DNA from: an uncultured Rhodothermales bacterium
Lineage (GTDB): Bacteria > Bacteroidota > Rhodothermia > Rhodothermales > VXPQ01
Assembly (NCBI GenBank): GCA_965651265.1
Contig: CBFGRV010000017.1
Span: 358-64,357, forward strand
Direction: 5' to 3'
Length of the DNA stretch: 64,000 nt
Below, one piece after another: positions 32,945 through 42,018 of the stretch (its first letter is position 1; every line of letters begins with the position of its first letter). The position numbers and the translations under genes were made by a program. Below the pieces are notes generated by a model that saw only the letters and a list, made by a program, of their open reading frames with translations, had not been told where the DNA came from and searched no databases.

Positions 32945-35902
32945 ATGAACAACTCCCTCGTCGGCCAGACCATCGCCCACTACGAAGTTCTCGACCTTCT
33001 GGGTGGCGGCGGGATGGGGGTCGTCTACAAGGCCCGTGACATCCGCCTTCGCCGCACGGTAGCCCTCAAGTTTCTTCCTCCCGATCTGACGCGCGATCCG
33101 GAGGCCGTCGCGCGCTTCAAGCGCGAAGCGCAGGCCGCCTCTGCGCTCGATCACAAGAACATCTGCACGATCTTCGCCATCGAGGAACCGTCGGAAGGCG
33201 GCATCTTCATCGCGATGGCGTGCTACGAAGGCCAGACGCTGAAGGAACGCCTGGAAGGTGAACGACTGAGTCTGACTGAAGCTTTCGACTTTGCCCTCCA
33301 AACGGCCGAAGGCCTCGCCCGCGCGCACGATGCCGGCATCACCCATCGCGACATCAAGCCGGCAAACCTTCTCATCACGACGGACGGCGAGGTGAAAATC
33401 CTCGACTTCGGCCTGGCCAAGGTGGCGGGGGAATCCCAGCTGACCCAGTCCGGCTCGACGCTCGGCACGGTGGCCTATATGAGCCCGGAACAGGCCCGGG
33501 GAGACGATGTCGACCCCCGCACGGACGTCTGGTCACTCGGGGTGGTACTATACGAAATGTTGACCGGCCGACGCCCGTTTCTCGGTGCCTATCCGCCGGC
33601 CGTGATCTATTCGATACTCAACGAGGATCCGCCGCCCCTGCGCGATGTGAATCCCGAGATAGATCCGGAGCTCGAGACCATCATGCTCCGCGCCCTCGAG
33701 AAGAACGTCGACCGCCGCTACCATAGTGCCGGTGAGATGCTCCAGGCGCTACGATCGTATCACGACGCCACCACGTCACGGGCGGGTACTTTTGACATCC
33801 GACGTCTCGTCAGAGCCGCGCGGTCACCGAAAGTGGCCGTTCCTGCCTTGATCGCGCTGGTTGCGGCCGGATTCCTCGGCTCGTGGATCTTCCAGCGCCA
33901 GTCCCGCATCCGGTGGGCCACGCAGGTAGCCCTTCCCCAGATCGAGCAGCTCGTCTCCACGGGCTGGCGCGACTTCACGGATGCGTACGAATTGGCCGAG
34001 GAGGCGGAGAAGTACATCCCCAACGATCCGAAGCTCGTCGAGCTCCTGTCCCGAAGCTCTCTCCACATCGACATCGACTCGGATCCACCCGGCGCCGACG
34101 TTTATGTGAAGCGCTACGATGTGCCAGAGAGTGAATGGCGGCACGTCGGTGTCACACCGCTCGACAGCGTTCGAGTCCCCATGGGCGTCTTTCGGTGGAG
34201 GATGGAGAAGGAGGGATACGAGCCCGTCGAGGCAGCGGCCGCCACGTGGGACATCGACATCAGCTTCGACAATCCGATCGTCGCGAGCAGTCTGATGCGC
34301 GTGCTGGATCCGGCCGGCTCAACCCCGGCGGGAATGGTGCGCGTCCAGGGTGCGAGCACGCCCTATGGCGAGTTCCCCGATTTCTACATCGACCGCTACG
34401 AAGTCACGAATGCGCAGTTCAAAGAGTTCGTCGATAGTGGCGGCTACCGTTCCCGCGAGTATTGGCCATTCGAATTCGTGCGGGATGGTGAGATCGTGAG
34501 CTGGGAAGAGGCGATGGCCCTTTTCGTCGACGAAACGGGTCGTCACGGCCCGTCTACGTGGCAGGCCGGGACGTATCGTGAGGGCACGGGCGACCATCCA
34601 GTTTCGGGTGTCAGCTGGTATGAAGCCGCGGCATATGCGGCGTGGGCCGGCAAAAGCCTGCCGACCGGGCAGCACTGGGGCCTGGCCCGCGGCGAACACA
34701 CCTCGATGATCCGCTGGCCGCAACTGGGCGGCTACGCCATATTCGCGCCCTTCAGTAATTTCGGCGAGGAGGGACCCGTGCCCGTCGGAAGTCTGCCCGG
34801 GATGACCTCCTTCGGGGCCTACGACATGGCCGGAAACGTCCGCGAATGGTGCTGGAACGAGACGCCGCTTGGTCGCATGCTTCGTGGGGGCGCCTGGAAC
34901 GACAATACCTACCGCTTTACACAGCCGACGCAGGCGCCGCCGTTCGATCGCTCCGCCACGAACGGCTTCCGAACGGCCCTCTATCCCGACCCCGAAAAGG
35001 TACCGGAGGCTGCCTTTGGCCCGGTTCAGTTCGTGGAGGGGCGCAATTTCTACGAGGAGGAGCCGGTCTCCGACGAGGTCTTCGAAGTCTACCGCGCACA
35101 ATTCGACTACGATGACCTTCCGCTAAATGCCGAACTGGAGGCTCGCGATGAGAGCGCGGAGGACTGGATACACGAGCGGATCAGCGTCGATGCAGCCTAC
35201 GGCGGCGAGCGATTGATCCTCCATCTCTTTTTGCCCACCAACACGGGCCCTCCCTTTCAGACGGTCGTCTACTTCCCGGGCTCGGCCTCGCTCTTCCAGA
35301 CATCCAGCGAAAACATCACCGAGTACTACGAATTCCCCATTTTCCTCTCATTCCTGCTGAAGGGAGGCAGAGCCGTCGTATATCCCGTCTACAAGGGGAC
35401 TTTCGAACGGCAAGAATTGATGGCGGCGCAGGCGCACGTCGGCGACGAATCGTATCGGCACGTTGAGTATGTCATCCAATGGGTGAAGGACGTCAGGCGC
35501 ACGCTCGATTACCTCGAGACGCGTCATGACATCGATTCGGACAGATTCGCCTTCTACGGGATGAGCTGGGGCGGCATGTACGGCGCCATCATTCCGGCCG
35601 TCGAAAACCGCCTGAAAGTCAATATACTGGCTCCCGGTGCTCTTCGAAGCTGGCGAACCCGGCCCGAGGCCGATCAGATCAACTACGTCACGCGGGTCAC
35701 CATCCCGACCCTGATGCTAAACGGCCGATACGATGCCCGCATGCCGCTCGAGACAAGCATTCAGCCGCTGTACGACCTCCTGGGCACATCCCCCGAACAC
35801 AAAGTCCTCAAGCTTTACGACACCGACCACATCCCACCGCGTAGCGAGTACATCAAGGAAATCCTCGCCTGGCTGGATAAATATCTAGGCCCCGTCAATT
35901 AG
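32945..35902 (+). CDS. Multidomain Ser/Thr kinase: kinase, TM helix, PEGA-like domain, FGE/SUMF1-type domain, alpha/beta hydrolase
   Basis: Kinase motifs GGGGMGVVYKA, VALKFL, HRDIKPANLL, DFGLAK and YMSPEQ. TM helix VAVPALIALVAAGFLGSWIF. PEGA-like segment PPGADVYVKRYD...VGVTPLDSVRVPMG. FGE-type segment FYIDRYEVTNAQFKEFV...HPVSGVSWYEAAAYAAWAGKSLPTGQHW...YDMAGNVREWC...RGGAW. Hydrolase segment GERLILHLFLP...YGMSWGG (GxSxG)...YDTDHIPP. Confidence 0.85.
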   Translation: MNNSLVGQTIAHYEVLDLLGGGGMGVVYKARDIRLRRTVALKFLPPDLTRDPEAVARFKREAQAASALDHKNICTIFAIEEPSEGGIFIAMACYEGQTLKERLEGERLSLTEAFDFALQTAEGLARAHDAGITHRDIKPANLLITTDGEVKILDFGLAKVAGESQLTQSGSTLGTVAYMSPEQARGDDVDPRTDVWSLGVVLYEMLTGRRPFLGAYPPAVIYSILNEDPPPLRDVNPEIDPELETIMLRALEKNVDRRYHSAGEMLQALRSYHDATTSRAGTFDIRRLVRAARSPKVAVPALIALVAAGFLGSWIFQRQSRIRWATQVALPQIEQLVSTGWRDFTDAYELAEEAEKYIPNDPKLVELLSRSSLHIDIDSDPPGADVYVKRYDVPESEWRHVGVTPLDSVRVPMGVFRWRMEKEGYEPVEAAAATWDIDISFDNPIVASSLMRVLDPAGSTPAGMVRVQGASTPYGEFPDFYIDRYEVTNAQFKEFVDSGGYRSREYWPFEFVRDGEIVSWEEAMALFVDETGRHGPSTWQAGTYREGTGDHPVSGVSWYEAAAYAAWAGKSLPTGQHWGLARGEHTSMIRWPQLGGYAIFAPFSNFGEEGPVPVGSLPGMTSFGAYDMAGNVREWCWNETPLGRMLRGGAWNDNTYRFTQPTQAPPFDRSATNGFRTALYPDPEKVPEAAFGPVQFVEGRNFYEEEPVSDEVFEVYRAQFDYDDLPLNAELEARDESAEDWIHERISVDAAYGGERLILHLFLPTNTGPPFQTVVYFPGSASLFQTSSENITEYYEFPIFLSFLLKGGRAVVYPVYKGTFERQELMAAQAHVGDESYRHVEYVIQWVKDVRRTLDYLETRHDIDSDRFAFYGMSWGGMYGAIIPAVENRLKVNILAPGALRSWRTRPEADQINYVTRVTIPTLMLNGRYDARMPLETSIQPLYDLLGTSPEHKVLKLYDTDHIPPRSEYIKEILAWLDKYLGPVN

Positions 35903-35986
35903 CGACGAGGCTTGTCGATTCGCCGCCCCGCCGGACGACTACTGGTAAAGTGTGTCCCGCGAGCTACAAACCACGGAGGCTTAGCC

Positions 35987-36910
35987 ATGCAGAAAATTAT
36001 TCCGAATCTCTGGTTCGACAACCAGGCCGAAGAAGCGGCCCGGTTCTACACGTCGCTGTTCGATGGCTCCTCCATCGGGCGAATTGCGCGCTACGGCAAG
36101 GAAGGATTCGAGATCCACGGGATGCCGGAGGGCTCCGTTCTGACCATCGAGTTCGAGGTCGCCGGTTATCAGATGATCGCCCTGAACGGAGGCCCGTTCT
36201 TCAAGATCAATCCGTCGATTTCCTTCTTCGTCGTGTGCGAAACGCGCGACGAGATCGACCGGCTCTGGTCTGCCCTGGAGGAGGGAGGTCAGGTCCTGAT
36301 GCCCCTCGAATCCTACGATTGGAGCGAACGATACGGATGGGTCCAGGATCGCTTTGGAGTCTCGTGGCAGCTCTCACAGGGCAACCTCGCCGATGTGGGC
36401 CAGAAGATCACGCCATCCCTTCTTTTCGCCGGCGACCAGAATGGGCGTGCTGAGGAGGCGGTCCGCTTCTATACATCAATCTTCGACGATTCCGACATCG
36501 TAGGCATCATACATTACGGCCCGGAACAGCCGGACCGGCAAGGGACGGTCGCTCACGCGCAGTTCCACCTTGCCGGCGAGGTGTTCATGGCGATGGATGG
36601 CGGACTAGACCACGACTTCTCGTTCAACGAGGGGCTCTCGCTCCTCATTCAGTGCAAAGATCAGCAGGAAATCGACTACTTCTGGGAGCGCTTGCTGGAT
36701 GGTGGCGTCCCCCAGCAGTGCGGCTGGCTCAAGGACCAGTTCGGTGTGGCCTGGCAGGTTTCGCCGACCGAGCTACACGATATGCTACACGATCCGGATG
36801 CCGACAAGGTCGCCCGCGTCACGAAATCCTTCTTACGGATGCAAAAGTTCGACCTGGCCGAGCTGCGACGGGCCTTCGAGGGCAAAGCGGCCGAAAGCCA
36901 ACCGGCCTGA
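35987..36910 (+). CDS. Tandem PhnB-like / VOC-fold protein (3-demethylubiquinone-9 3-methyltransferase domain family, PF06983-like)
   Basis: Two repeats. The first has KIIPNLWFDNQAEEAARFYTSLF and WGWVQDRFGVSWQL; the second has ITPSLLFAGDQNGRAEEAVRFYTSIF and CGWLKDQFGVAWQV. ATG at 35987. Confidence 0.8.
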   Translation: MQKIIPNLWFDNQAEEAARFYTSLFDGSSIGRIARYGKEGFEIHGMPEGSVLTIEFEVAGYQMIALNGGPFFKINPSISFFVVCETRDEIDRLWSALEEGGQVLMPLESYDWSERYGWVQDRFGVSWQLSQGNLADVGQKITPSLLFAGDQNGRAEEAVRFYTSIFDDSDIVGIIHYGPEQPDRQGTVAHAQFHLAGEVFMAMDGGLDHDFSFNEGLSLLIQCKDQQEIDYFWERLLDGGVPQQCGWLKDQFGVAWQVSPTELHDMLHDPDADKVARVTKSFLRMQKFDLAELRRAFEGKAAESQPA

Positions 36911-36943
36911 TCCCCAACATCACCTCAGGCAGACTCAGACAGC

Positions 36944-37327
36944 ATGGCGAACTCCGACGTCCGGATTGGTCCAATCGGTCAAATCGCGCTCACGGTTAGC
37001 GACGTGGGCTCCGCGCTCGCCTTCTACAGAGACGTTCTGGGGCTCGAGTTTCTCTTCGAAGCCGGGCCCCAGCTCGCCTTCCTCCAGGCCGGCGACGTGC
37101 GCATCATGCTCGCGACGCCGCAGGGCGCAGGCAGCGCCGGGGCCAACTCCATCTTGTACTTCAAGGTCGACGACCTCGATGCCGTCCACGAGACCGTCGT
37201 CGCTCGCGGCGCCAGGAGCGAACGCGATCCTCAGCTCACGGCCCGAATGGGCGACCACGAGCTCTGGATCTCCTTCATTCGCGATCCGGACGAGAATCTG
37301 ATCGGCCTGATGGAGGAGCGGCGCTGA
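36944..37327 (+). CDS. VOC family protein (glyoxalase/bleomycin-resistance fold)
   Basis: IGQIALTVSDVGSALAFYRDVLGLEF ... ISFIRDPDENLIGLME. 127 aa. Confidence 0.85.
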   Translation: MANSDVRIGPIGQIALTVSDVGSALAFYRDVLGLEFLFEAGPQLAFLQAGDVRIMLATPQGAGSAGANSILYFKVDDLDAVHETVVARGARSERDPQLTARMGDHELWISFIRDPDENLIGLMEERR

Positions 37328-38296
37328 TTACGCCCGGCTGTACTTCTCGCGATAGGACTGCGGCGTCAGCCCGGTATATCGCTTGAATACCGTCCGGAAT
37401 GTGCGCGCGTCGTTGTAGCCCACCTCGTACATCAGCGTACTGACGTTGTGCGTACCGGCTTCGAGTGCCTTCTTCGCGGCCTCGACCTTTACTCGCTGCA
37501 GATACTCCAGCGGGGTGTTGTGGGTGGCTCGCTTGAAGCGCCGCACGAAATTTCGTCGGCTCATGTTCGCGCGCGCCGCTACTTCCTCGATGCTGATGTC
37601 TTCGTTGTACTTCTGTTCGATGTAGCTCTGGGCCTCGCTGATCTCCGGATCCCCGTGGTCACGCTGCCCCTGAAAGACGGCGAAATGGGCCTGGCTGACA
37701 CGATCGAGATCCACCGAAAAGATCTTGCTGATATGAACGGACACCTCACGTCCGCAGAATTTCTCGACCAGATAGAGGAGGAGGTTCAGCGAGGAAAAGG
37801 CGCCGCCACTCGTATATATCCCCTCGTGATCCGTAATGACGGCATCCGGCAGAACCATGGCCCGGGGATATCGGCGCTGCATGTGCTCGACCGTCATCCA
37901 GTGCGAAGTGCAGGGCTTTCCTGCGAGCAGGCCTGCCTCGGCGAGGAAATAACTCCCGTAGCACAGACTGGCGGCCTCTGCCCCGCGCTGCACCATCGAT
38001 CGGATCCAGTTTATGAGCGCGCGATTTTTTTCGAGCACATCATCGGGCGGACCGTTGAAGGCGGGAGCAATGATCAGATCCGTCTCGTTGGCCTCGGCAA
38101 GCGTCTTATGGCAGATGAACTGTGCGGGATGATGAAGCTGAATGTTCTTCAACTTCTCGCTCACGAGCTCGATCTCGAAGACGGGCGGTTTTCCGGATTC
38201 CATCAAGAAGCGATTGGTGCCCGCGAGGATGTCGAGCGTGCTCGAAATCGCCGACAAGATGGCATCCTCATAAACGAGTATTGAAACGCGTCTCAT
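37328..38296 (-). CDS. GlxA family transcriptional regulator (DJ-1/PfpI domain plus AraC-type HTH)
   Basis: N-terminal DJ-1-like domain (RVSILVYEDAILSAISS...LCYGSYFLAEAGLLAG) and a C-terminal AraC HTH (FVRRFKRATHNTPLEYLQRVKVEAAKK...ARTFRTVFKRYTGLTPQSYR). ATG at 38294-38296 (reverse complement). Confidence 0.85.
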   Translation of the reverse strand: MRRVSILVYEDAILSAISSTLDILAGTNRFLMESGKPPVFEIELVSEKLKNIQLHHPAQFICHKTLAEANETDLIIAPAFNGPPDDVLEKNRALINWIRSMVQRGAEAASLCYGSYFLAEAGLLAGKPCTSHWMTVEHMQRRYPRAMVLPDAVITDHEGIYTSGGAFSSLNLLLYLVEKFCGREVSVHISKIFSVDLDRVSQAHFAVFQGQRDHGDPEISEAQSYIEQKYNEDISIEEVAARANMSRRNFVRRFKRATHNTPLEYLQRVKVEAAKKALEAGTHNVSTLMYEVGYNDARTFRTVFKRYTGLTPQSYREKYSRA

Positions 38297-38451
38297 GGGT
38301 ATTTGGGCAGTTTTTTTGGCAACGATACGCAAAGAGTGTGTCGCAAACACCACCCCACGTTGTCCATTATGCACATGGCGTGTAATCCATTAACCCGCCA
38401 TCTTCCGATTGAATCCGAGATGGCTACCATCCACATAAACAGAGCGCAATC

Positions 38452-38925
38452 ATGAAAGCCTTGACGCCGTGCCTCAATTTTGGCGGGAATGCCCGCGAGG
38501 CGTTCGATTTTTACCAGAGCATTTTCGGAGGCGAGATAACGGCCGTCCTCCGTTATCGAGACCTGCAAATGACGGCCGGTATGCCGGAGGGCGATCTTGA
38601 CAGGATCGCGCACATCTACCTCGATCTCGGCAATGGGCTGAGCATCATTGGGAGCGACTTCCCGGATTCGTATAAAGAGCCTTACGTGCCCGGCAACAAC
38701 GTGCAACTCACCGTCGAGCCCGAAACTGCAGAGGACGCGAAGAGGGCCTTTGCTGCCTTGTCGGAAGGCGGCAAGGTGAACATGGAGCTCGAGCCTACCG
38801 AGTGGGCGGAGTTGTTTGGCGATTGCATCGATCGGTATGGAGTCGGTTGGCTCTTCAATTATACCGGGAATGTGCAGTTCAATCCGAACGGTGCTGCCGA
38901 GCGTCAGGACGCGGCAGCGAAGTAG
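38452..38925 (+). CDS. VOC family protein (PhnB-like)
   Basis: MKALTPCLNFGGNAREAFDFYQSIFGGE ... FGDCIDRYGVGWLFN. 157 aa. Confidence 0.8.
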   Translation: MKALTPCLNFGGNAREAFDFYQSIFGGEITAVLRYRDLQMTAGMPEGDLDRIAHIYLDLGNGLSIIGSDFPDSYKEPYVPGNNVQLTVEPETAEDAKRAFAALSEGGKVNMELEPTEWAELFGDCIDRYGVGWLFNYTGNVQFNPNGAAERQDAAAK

Positions 38926-39058
38926 CGGGCCTGTGCGGCCGCGTCGAACCGGCAAGCAGATGCCGGCGGCCGCCAGATGTCTGCATCCGGCTCGAACTTT
39001 TGACGTCTACGTGCTGTAGAGTATCCGCATTTTCGGATTACTATCTGCTCTACGACAC

Positions 39059-39841
39059 GTGATCTTGAACCCCACGCGCACGCGTCGGCGGCGGCCCCTC
39101 CGTCAGAGCTGGGCCGCCGCCTGCTTACTAGCGTGCCTCGTTGTTACGGGATGCCGTAGCACGGCGCCGGTAGCAGGCGATGCGAACGAACCGTTAACTC
39201 GATCGACATCCGCCGGAACAGAATCGAGTCCTGATTCCCCGGTCGCGACCGGCAGGGCGGATTCATCGCTTGCACGTCTGGAGGCCCTGTACCGCGCGCG
39301 TGTCGACAGTGCGCGCATGGCCTACACACAGGCCGACGTGGATTTCATGCAGGGTATGATCGCGCACCATGCCCAGGCACTCATCATGTCGCGGATGGCC
39401 GAATCCCATGGCGCCGACAGCGAGATCCGGACGCTTGCTGCCCGAATCATAAATGCACAGAACGACGAGATCGCCACTATGCAGCGGTGGCTGGAGGATC
39501 GCGGCGAGGTCGTCCCCGAAGTCCACATCGAAGGAATCGACCTCATGGTGCACGGGGTCGGCGATCATCATTTGCACATGCCCGGCATGCTGACGGCGGA
39601 GCAACTCGAGCAGCTCGATGCCGCTCGAGGCCCGGAGTTCGACCGGCTTTTCCTGACCTTTATGATTCAGCATCATACAGGCGCCGTCGACATGGTGGAG
39701 CACCTCTTTAACACAGATGGCGCCGCTGCGGGGGATGAAACCTTCAAGCTGGCGTCAGATATTCAGGTCGATCAGCGCACGGAGATCGCCCGGATGCAGC
39801 TGATGTTGAATCAGCGCAAGCCTACCGACGCGGGCGACTGA
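39059..39841 (+). CDS. DUF305 domain lipoprotein (CopM-type four-helix-bundle family)
   Basis: GTG start and lipobox LVVTGC. Two copies of the family motif are present: DVDFMQGMIAHHAQALIMS and DRLFLTFMIQHHTGAVDMV. Confidence 0.8.
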   Translation: MILNPTRTRRRRPLRQSWAAACLLACLVVTGCRSTAPVAGDANEPLTRSTSAGTESSPDSPVATGRADSSLARLEALYRARVDSARMAYTQADVDFMQGMIAHHAQALIMSRMAESHGADSEIRTLAARIINAQNDEIATMQRWLEDRGEVVPEVHIEGIDLMVHGVGDHHLHMPGMLTAEQLEQLDAARGPEFDRLFLTFMIQHHTGAVDMVEHLFNTDGAAAGDETFKLASDIQVDQRTEIARMQLMLNQRKPTDAGD

Positions 39842-39888
39842 CGCATGAACTCACCATCACCGTACACTAGAGGCATACTGGAAACGAG

Positions 39889-41931
39889 ATGATCTGTACC
39901 TCAGGAGACGGACGCCGGAGATGGCGGCAAGTCTCGAAATCCGCTTGCACCTCGGCCCTGATCGGCGGTCTGTTGTTGATCGCCGCCTGCGCGCCCAGGC
40001 CCGTTGCGGAACCGGCCGAGCAACCGGCAGCCGTATCCGAAAATACCCCCTCGACGACCCCGGTAGCCGTCGACCCGACCCAGCCTTCCAGACTATCTGA
40101 TCCTCGTGTCGGCCTTGCGCCCGGACTCTTTGACGCGGAGGAAGCGATCTGGAATTTGCGCAAGCTGGCCAGCGTTCCTCCCCCCGAATCGTTCGTGGGT
40201 GGGGTCAATTCCGATCTGGCGTTCAAGGACAACTACGTCATTCAGGGTAACTACAACGGCATCATCGTCTGGGATATCACCGATCCGGCGAATCCACAGC
40301 TCGTGACCGAGTACGTATGCCCGGCGTCGCAGAGCGACGTCTCCGTCTTCGGTGATCTGCTCTTCGTATCCGGTGAGGGTCTTGGCGGCCGTCTGGACTG
40401 CGGAACGCAGGGCGTCGCGGAGCGCGTGAGCCCCGACCGGCTGCGTGGCATTCGGATTTTTGATATCAGCGACATCCGCAATCCGGAGTACGTCCACAAC
40501 GTACAGACCTGCCGTGGGTCCCATACGCATTCGGTGCTGGTCGATCCCGACGACGACGAGAATGTGTACATCTACGTTTCGGGCTCTGCGACGGTGCGTC
40601 CCGAGGAGGAACTTCCCGGCTGCGTGAGCGCCCCGCCGACCGAGGATCCCAACTCCGCGCTCTTCCGAATCGAGGTGATCCGTGTGCCCCTCGACAACCC
40701 GCAAGAAGCGGCCATCGTGAACTCCCCCCGGATTTTCGAGGGTCTGACCGAACCCGAGCAGCACGGCCTCGCCCCGGCCGATATTGCCGCTGTTGAGGAG
40801 GCGCGCCGGACGGGCGGCTTCATCATGAACATGGGCGGCACCCCCTACGTCCTCTCCGACAATGCTGTTCAGAGCCTTCTCGCGGATATCGTCATGAGCC
40901 GCGGAGGCGGAGGCGAGCCCACGGCCGCCGACAGCCTCGCGCTTCGTGAGGCCCTTGCGGCCAGGGAGTCCGAACACGGCGCCAACGTCGACGGCCCCCG
41001 TCCCGGCCCGACGCAGTGCCATGACATCACGCTCTACCCGGAGATCGGACTCGCAGGAGGGGCCTGCGAAGGCTACGGCCTGCTGCTCGACATTTCGGAT
41101 CCGGTGAACCCCAGGCGCATCGACGCCGTCGCGGACTCGAACTTCGCCTACTGGCATTCCGCCACCTTCAGCAACGATGGTTCCAAGGTCGTTTTCACCG
41201 ACGAATGGGGCGGAGGCGGGCAGCCGAAATGCCGCGAGACAGACCCGATGGAGTGGGGGGCCAACGCCATCTTCACCATCAACGGCTCGAAGATGGAGTT
41301 CCAGAGCTACTACAAGATGCCCGCTCCTCAGACGGAGCAGGAAAACTGTGTGGCGCATAATGGGTCCCTGATTCCAATTCCAGGCCGGGATATCATGGTG
41401 CAGGCCTGGTACCAGGGCGGGATCTCCGTCTACGACTGGACGGACCCGAGCAATCCCATTGAGATAGCATTCCACGATCGAGGGCCCATCAATCCGGAGC
41501 GGATGGATATGGGAGGGAGCTGGTCCGTGTACTGGTACAACGGCGCCATCGTGAGCTCCGAGATCGCTCGCGGTCTCGACATCTTCGAGCTCGTTCCGAG
41601 CGAGTATGTCTCCGAGAACGAGATCGAGGCCTCCCGGACGGTCCGGCTCAGCTATCTGAACGCCCAGGGACAGCCGCGGATCGAATGGCCGGCTAGCTTC
41701 GCGCTGGCGCGAGCCTACGTGGATCAGCTCGAGCGATCCGGTGGTCTTTCGGCGCAGAGGATTTCCCAAATTCGGACGGAGCTGGATCGGGCTGAGGCCG
41801 CGAGGGGTGCCCAGCGGCGCAATGCACTGTCTCAGCTCGCTGCAGGCGTCGATACTGACGCGAACGGCTCATCCGATACCACAAAGGTTCGGATGCTGGC
41901 CGAGGCGCTTCGCGACCTTTCGAACGCCTGA
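39889..41931 (+). CDS. LVIVD-repeat beta-propeller lipoprotein
   Basis: Lipobox LLLIAAC. Repeated motifs GIIVWDITDPANPQLV, GIRIFDISDIRNPEYV, GLLLDISDPVNPRRI, GISVYDWTDPSNPIEI and GLDIFELVP. Confidence 0.75.
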   Translation: MICTSGDGRRRWRQVSKSACTSALIGGLLLIAACAPRPVAEPAEQPAAVSENTPSTTPVAVDPTQPSRLSDPRVGLAPGLFDAEEAIWNLRKLASVPPPESFVGGVNSDLAFKDNYVIQGNYNGIIVWDITDPANPQLVTEYVCPASQSDVSVFGDLLFVSGEGLGGRLDCGTQGVAERVSPDRLRGIRIFDISDIRNPEYVHNVQTCRGSHTHSVLVDPDDDENVYIYVSGSATVRPEEELPGCVSAPPTEDPNSALFRIEVIRVPLDNPQEAAIVNSPRIFEGLTEPEQHGLAPADIAAVEEARRTGGFIMNMGGTPYVLSDNAVQSLLADIVMSRGGGGEPTAADSLALREALAARESEHGANVDGPRPGPTQCHDITLYPEIGLAGGACEGYGLLLDISDPVNPRRIDAVADSNFAYWHSATFSNDGSKVVFTDEWGGGGQPKCRETDPMEWGANAIFTINGSKMEFQSYYKMPAPQTEQENCVAHNGSLIPIPGRDIMVQAWYQGGISVYDWTDPSNPIEIAFHDRGPINPERMDMGGSWSVYWYNGAIVSSEIARGLDIFELVPSEYVSENEIEASRTVRLSYLNAQGQPRIEWPASFALARAYVDQLERSGGLSAQRISQIRTELDRAEAARGAQRRNALSQLAAGVDTDANGSSDTTKVRMLAEALRDLSNA

Positions 41932-41953
41932 CGAGGCCGAAACAGGCTTGTAG

Positions 41954-41993
41954 GGCAGGGGAGCTTTCGCCGCCGCGCGATCGTTCCCCTGCC
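41954..41993 (+). terminator. Hairpin GGCAGGGGA-(22 nt)-TCCCCTGCC after the LVIVD gene; possible intrinsic terminator
   Basis: 9-bp perfect GC-rich stem starting 23 nt after the stop at 41931. The loop is large and there is no U-tract, so the call is weak. Confidence 0.3.
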
Positions 41994-42018
41994 TGTCATT
42001 AACTCCGGAGATAGCGGC

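Noticed and set aside
32941-32946. Perfect TATAAT hexamer at the start of the kinase-fusion gene
   Set aside because: It overlaps the ATG itself (32945-32947). A transcript initiating about 7 nt downstream would lack any start codon before the kinase glycine loop. No matching -35 element is present. It is probably coincidental.
40093-41769. 558-aa minus-strand ORF
   Set aside because: It is entirely antisense to the LVIVD-repeat gene, which has a lipobox and repeated family motifs. The antisense translation has no recognisable motifs. It is a high-GC artefact.
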